64,000 bases of DNA. Origin: an uncultured Gemmatimonadota bacterium. Its GTDB lineage: Bacteria; JAAXHH01. Positions 60,283 to 64,000 of this stretch are shown one piece after another. The notes below the pieces were generated by a model. The model saw only the letters and a program-made list of their open reading frames with translations, did no database searches and was not told the DNA's origin. The stretch's first letter is position 1. Every line of letters starts with the position of its first letter. Where the stretch lies: assembly GCA_964593235.1 (NCBI GenBank), contig CAZQGS010000033.1, forward strand, positions 99,071 to 163,070. Direction: 5' to 3'. The position numbers were made by a program, and so were the translations under genes.

Positions 60283-61038
60283 TTATAACGTAGGTATCAA
60301 CCAGCCAGCTAAATTAAAAGTTAGAAGGGTGCCTAATATAACATAATCACGCCAAATAAATGGAAAAGAAAGGAATTCTGTTCGTGACCCTTTCATTCCG
60401 AATCCTTTAGATTCTAACGCCATCGAAAGGAGATCTGTATCTCTTATCGCATAAACAAATATCGGTACAAGTAAAGGTACATATTTTCGCATTCGTTGCC
60501 AAACATTACCATTTTTTAAGTCAAGTCCTCGAGCTTGTTGTGCTTGTACAACTGTGTTTATACGACTAAAAAACAAGGGAACAAGACGAAAAGCTAGGGA
60601 GAGTGCAAAACTTACAGGGTATGGCAGTCCGATAGCCCTGAGTCCAAAAGCAAATTCTTCAACTTTTGTGCACGAGACGAAGATCATTCCAGAAACAAGC
60701 ATAGCTTCGAGGCGGAAGCCCATAGCCAATCCAAATTTTATGGATTCTGTTGATAATGTTAAGAGGCCAAAGGACCAGAATGGATCACCTATCCGCTTAA
60801 ATAATGACCACGAGACAATACTGAAAACAAGAATAGTAATCATCAGTGGCAAGATCCGTCGAATGTTAATGGAAGCCCCCGTGGAGCGAGTCAATGAAAG
60901 TATTCCAGCTAGTATTATCAATTGATATAACGGAGATTGGAAAGCAACAGTCAGAATCAACAACATCGCAAGTCCTACAATTTTAGTTGAGGGATGGAGT
61001 TGATGAAGCCAGCTATTTTTGGTGATATAAAGGATCAT
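60283..61038 (-). CDS. ecfT: ECF transporter transmembrane component EcfT (CbiQ family)
   Basis: 251 aa with five TM helices. The N-terminal LHQLHPSTKIVGLAMLLIL segment and a conserved Arg-rich cytoplasmic loop are typical of EcfT. Confidence 0.7.
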   Translation of the reverse strand: MILYITKNSWLHQLHPSTKIVGLAMLLILTVAFQSPLYQLIILAGILSLTRSTGASINIRRILPLMITILVFSIVSWSLFKRIGDPFWSFGLLTLSTESIKFGLAMGFRLEAMLVSGMIFVSCTKVEEFAFGLRAIGLPYPVSFALSLAFRLVPLFFSRINTVVQAQQARGLDLKNGNVWQRMRKYVPLLVPIFVYAIRDTDLLSMALESKGFGMKGSRTEFLSFPFIWRDYVILGTLLTFNLAGWLIPTL

Positions 61039-61089
61039 TAAATAACTTTTCTTAACCAGTTTTTAAAATATACTACCGCAATTAGTTTC

Positions 61090-62853
61090 TTAAATTTCAA
61101 GACAATCTACTAATTCCTCTATGGATCGGACAACCAGTCCAAATTCATAACCAAGTCTTACAGCTTCTGGGGCTTCCAGATAAAGGGATTCAAGTGCCTC
61201 CGGATTTTGGAAACATAGCCTGACTTCTGCGTCTTGAACTAATCGACCTCGAGACATTATAATACAACGGTCTGCATATTCTGAGACAACCCACATAGAG
61301 TGGGTAATAATGATAACAGTCATACCAGTATTATTAAGTCTTTGAATGAGACCTAGGATGGCAAGTTGTCCATGGTAGTCCAGGCCAGTCGTTGGTTCAT
61401 CCAAAACAAGAATATCAGGATCTGTCGCTAAAACTGAAGCAACAGCTAGCTGTTGTCGCTCTCCTCGGGTTAAACTAAAAGGATCATCCATTTCACGATT
61501 TTCTAGCCCTGTCGCTGCTAGAGCTGCAAATACTTTTTCTTTGACATTTTTTTCTGTCAACCCGAAATTTCGGGGCCCGAATGCAACCTCATCCAAAATG
61601 GTATTGGCAAATATTTGATGATCCGGATTCTGGAATACATATCCCACTCGACGCCCTAATTCTGGGAGAGTCCATTCCATTATCGATTTCCCCAGTATAT
61701 GAACTTCTCCTTTTTGCGGCTTATGTAATCCATTTAAGTGCTTTGCAAGCGTGGTCTTGCCACATCCATTTTGTCCAACTAGAGCAACAAACTCTCCAGC
61801 CATTATATCAAGTGAAACATTATCGATTGCTATTGTTTTATCATATTTAAAAGTCAAATTTTTAACTTGAGCGACACAAACATCAGATTTTTGTTTTTGA
61901 TTACTTTGTAAAATTTTGTTTGCATTTTTCTTAACTTTCCATCCAGCAGAAAGAACTTTTTTTACTGTTTCTGGTATAGTAAAGATTTCTATGCCTAATC
62001 CTAGTCTAGAAAGGAGAATAGTTCTTTGTAGTGGCCGAACTCCACATTGCTCAAGATATTTAGGATCGGACAGGATTTCGGTTGGTCTTCCTTCCCGGGT
62101 GATTTGACCTTCGTGCATCAATAAGACACGATCTGCCGTAAGGATGTGTTCAGTCTCATGCTCAACTAGAATAATTCCTCCAATATTTTTTCTTAGGTTT
62201 TGAGAAAGTTCAAAAATCTCTCTTTTGCCAATAGGATCGAGGTCAGTAGTAGGTTCATCCATTACCACTAATTTTGGCTTCCCAGCTAGTACTGAGGCTA
62301 TTGCCAATCGTTGTTTTTCTCCACCAGACAAACTAGAAGGATCACGATGTTCAAAACCAACTAGGCCGACTTGGTTCAGAGCCCTGGCAACCTCATTGGG
62401 CATATTTTCTGGTGGTTCTGAAAAGTTTTCGAGGGAAAAAGCTGTTTCAAGCTCAACATTGGTCGAAAATAACTGGGCCTCAAAATCCTGAAAAACTAGC
62501 CCTACAATGCGAGCAAGTTCATGAACCTGTAGGGTATTGGCTTTCTCGATCCCTGAAACCTTGTACTCACCTTGAATTGTACCCTTGATAAAGGAAGGTA
62601 TGAGCCCATTAAGACAGCGACAAAAAGTAGATTTCCCTGCTCCAGTTTCACCTATTATTACGGTGAAATCGCCACGATGATGGCTGTAGCTAATCTCTTT
62701 GAGAGCCGCTGTAGTACCCTCGCGGTAGGTAAAGGAAACATCAGTTAAAGTTATAATTGGGAGAGTCAATGGAGATAAGTTTAATGGGATGGTCAAATGT
62801 ATATGAGGCCAAAGAAATAACCTGATACTACTAAGTATTTTAATGAATGTCAA
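61090..62853 (-). CDS. ECF transporter ATPase with duplicated ABC domains (EcfA-EcfA' fusion, YkoD-like)
   Basis: Two full ABC cassettes. Walker A GETGAGKST and GQNGCGKTT, signatures LSGGEKQR and LTRGERQQ, Walker B LVVMDEPT and ILVLDEPT. The true start may lie downstream of the first ATG. Confidence 0.8.
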   Translation of the reverse strand: MTFIKILSSIRLFLWPHIHLTIPLNLSPLTLPIITLTDVSFTYREGTTAALKEISYSHHRGDFTVIIGETGAGKSTFCRCLNGLIPSFIKGTIQGEYKVSGIEKANTLQVHELARIVGLVFQDFEAQLFSTNVELETAFSLENFSEPPENMPNEVARALNQVGLVGFEHRDPSSLSGGEKQRLAIASVLAGKPKLVVMDEPTTDLDPIGKREIFELSQNLRKNIGGIILVEHETEHILTADRVLLMHEGQITREGRPTEILSDPKYLEQCGVRPLQRTILLSRLGLGIEIFTIPETVKKVLSAGWKVKKNANKILQSNQKQKSDVCVAQVKNLTFKYDKTIAIDNVSLDIMAGEFVALVGQNGCGKTTLAKHLNGLHKPQKGEVHILGKSIMEWTLPELGRRVGYVFQNPDHQIFANTILDEVAFGPRNFGLTEKNVKEKVFAALAATGLENREMDDPFSLTRGERQQLAVASVLATDPDILVLDEPTTGLDYHGQLAILGLIQRLNNTGMTVIIITHSMWVVSEYADRCIIMSRGRLVQDAEVRLCFQNPEALESLYLEAPEAVRLGYEFGLVVRSIEELVDCLEI

Positions 62854-62869
62854 TATAGATTGTGGTATT

Positions 62870-62932
62870 CGACTTATCTAGAAAAGTGTTATATATGATC
62901 TTCTCTGATAAAGTTACACCCCGACTTATCTA
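62870..62932. repeat. direct repeat CGACTTATCTA x2 (52-bp spacing) in the region upstream of the ECF ATPase gene
   Basis: Exact 11-mer at 62870..62880 and 62922..62932. Confidence 0.3.
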
Positions 62933-62937
62933 ATGAT

Positions 62938-62977
62938 TTCCGCCTCTTTAATTACTAACAAAATATTCGAGGCGGAA
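62938..62977 (-). terminator. inverted repeat TTCCGCCTC-N22-GAGGCGGAA immediately downstream of the minus-strand Gfo/Idh/MocA gene
   Basis: Perfect 9-bp stem, but the loop is long and no U-run follows, so it is a weak terminator candidate. Confidence 0.25.
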
Positions 62978-62997
62978 CATAGAAAAATTCTAAATCG

Positions 62998-64000
62998 CTA
63001 GATAGAATTTTCATCTAATGGAAAATCTATACGTACATTCCCATTTTTCTGTGAAGCAAGGAAACCCAACATTATTTCAAGGGTATTTCGTGCTTCACGT
63101 GGTGAGGAGATAGTCTCTCCACCATTTTCCATGACTTTGATAAGATCTCTCACCGTAGCGGCTGCATTAAAATATGTTTGGCCTGGGGGTACAATTGTTT
63201 GGATGCCATCCCCCGTATTTAATTCATAATAATCTTCATTAATAAAAATCCATCCATCTGTACCGTCTAATTGAAATCCTCCTCGGCATTCCATACCTTT
63301 TGTTCCATTATAGAAAGCTCGTACACCATTTTTAAAATGAATGAATCCAGAACATCCTGGTTCTAGATCAGCATTTTTACCACCATCACCTTGATATGGC
63401 CAATAGTTCTCGTAACCCTCATCTAGCTCAGCAAATACCCATGCAGGTTGGGAACCTGATAGAAAACACACCATATCGATCATGTGAGTTCCATTACGAA
63501 AAAGGATAGCTCTTGGGCCTCCAAAGTTAAGGGTTATACGTTTTAGCTGACCTATTATACCATTTTCAAGGAGTTTTTTTACCTCACGGTAAGTAGGTAA
63601 CCATCGACGGGTATGGTTTATTGTCATAGTTACATTATTATTTTCAACAGCCTCAATCATTCGATCCGCATCGGATAATGTCGTTGCGATAGGTTTTTCA
63701 CAGAATATCCCACGGACGCCTGCTTTGACACCATCTATTACGATATTAGCATGTCGGTTGTCGGATGTTACAACACTTAATATATCTGGTTTGCATACTG
63801 CTAACATTTCTTTATAGTCTGTAAAACCCTTAAGTCCAGGAAAGCGTCCTGACCAATCTGAGACAGTATCTTGAACAAGTTTTTCTTGAAGATCACAAAC
63901 TCCTATTACCGTAGTTGCAGGTGCGTAGTCATATGCCTGCATATGACTACTAGGCATTTTGTGTCCAAGCCCATTGTTGCCATTTTTCAGAGGGTTCCCC
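62998..64000 (-). CDS. Gfo/Idh/MocA family oxidoreductase (N-terminus beyond window edge)
   Basis: The ORF stays open upstream to position 64000. The in-window N-terminal region reads ...NGNNGLGHKM.. with a Rossmann-like GxGxxG, followed by a C-terminal alpha/beta domain. Confidence 0.65.
   Translation of the reverse strand, partial: GNPLKNGNNGLGHKMPSSHMQAYDYAPATTVIGVCDLQEKLVQDTVSDWSGRFPGLKGFTDYKEMLAVCKPDILSVVTSDNRHANIVIDGVKAGVRGIFCEKPIATTLSDADRMIEAVENNNVTMTINHTRRWLPTYREVKKLLENGIIGQLKRITLNFGGPRAILFRNGTHMIDMVCFLSGSQPAWVFAELDEGYENYWPYQGDGGKNADLEPGCSGFIHFKNGVRAFYNGTKGMECRGGFQLDGTDGWIFINEDYYELNTGDGIQTIVPPGQTYFNAAATVRDLIKVMENGGETISSPREARNTLEIMLGFLASQKNGNVRIDFPLDENSI

Overview
This 64 kb window looks like chromosomal bacterial DNA from a metabolically versatile heterotroph with roughly 40% GC. 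It is densely coding and carries no rRNA, CRISPR array, transposase or integrase. I cannot assign taxonomy from sequence alone; the gene content is reminiscent of a marine heterotroph.

Gene content (calls rest on motifs I could read directly in the translations):
- A large paralog set of redox and oxygenase enzymes: Gfo/Idh/MocA oxidoreductases x5, PhyH-type Fe/2OG dioxygenases x3, membrane fatty-acid-desaturase-type di-iron enzymes x2, SDRs x2, several cupins, an aldo/keto reductase and a CrtI-like flavoprotein.
- Two ABC peptide-type (family 5) uptake systems and a fused-ATPase ECF module with its EcfT component.
- A sulfatase, an M1 gluzincin peptidase (HEXXH-X18-E), signal peptidase I, heme A synthase, archaeal-type ProRS, and one tRNA-Trp(CCA).
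- Two NHL beta-propeller proteins around a Na+/solute symporter and a PatB-type C-S lyase.

Most interesting observations:
1. An AhpD/carboxymuconolactone-decarboxylase-family gene (50483..51046, minus strand) is read through a single in-frame TGA at the second Cys position of the catalytic CxxC motif (C-E-Y-U-I-R-H-H). A stem-loop lies 12 nt downstream of the TGA. Together these make it a strong selenoprotein candidate.
2. The two NHL-repeat genes share a conserved 15-bp upstream motif, GTAAAC(R)GTTATAAT, and one copy is a near-perfect palindrome.
3. An OppB-type permease carries a roughly 100-aa charged or coiled-coil insertion in its first periplasmic loop.
4. A stand-alone divergent GroES-fold protein is present with no groEL partner.
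5. A SelA-like PLP enzyme is paired with an MTH1187/YkoF protein.
6. A three-fold RidA-like protein sits inside an aminotransferase / amidohydrolase / peptide-ABC locus.
7. A prenyltransferase-repeat gene is interrupted by two stop codons and is probably a pseudogene.

All functional calls are family-level inferences from translated motifs. No database searches were run.
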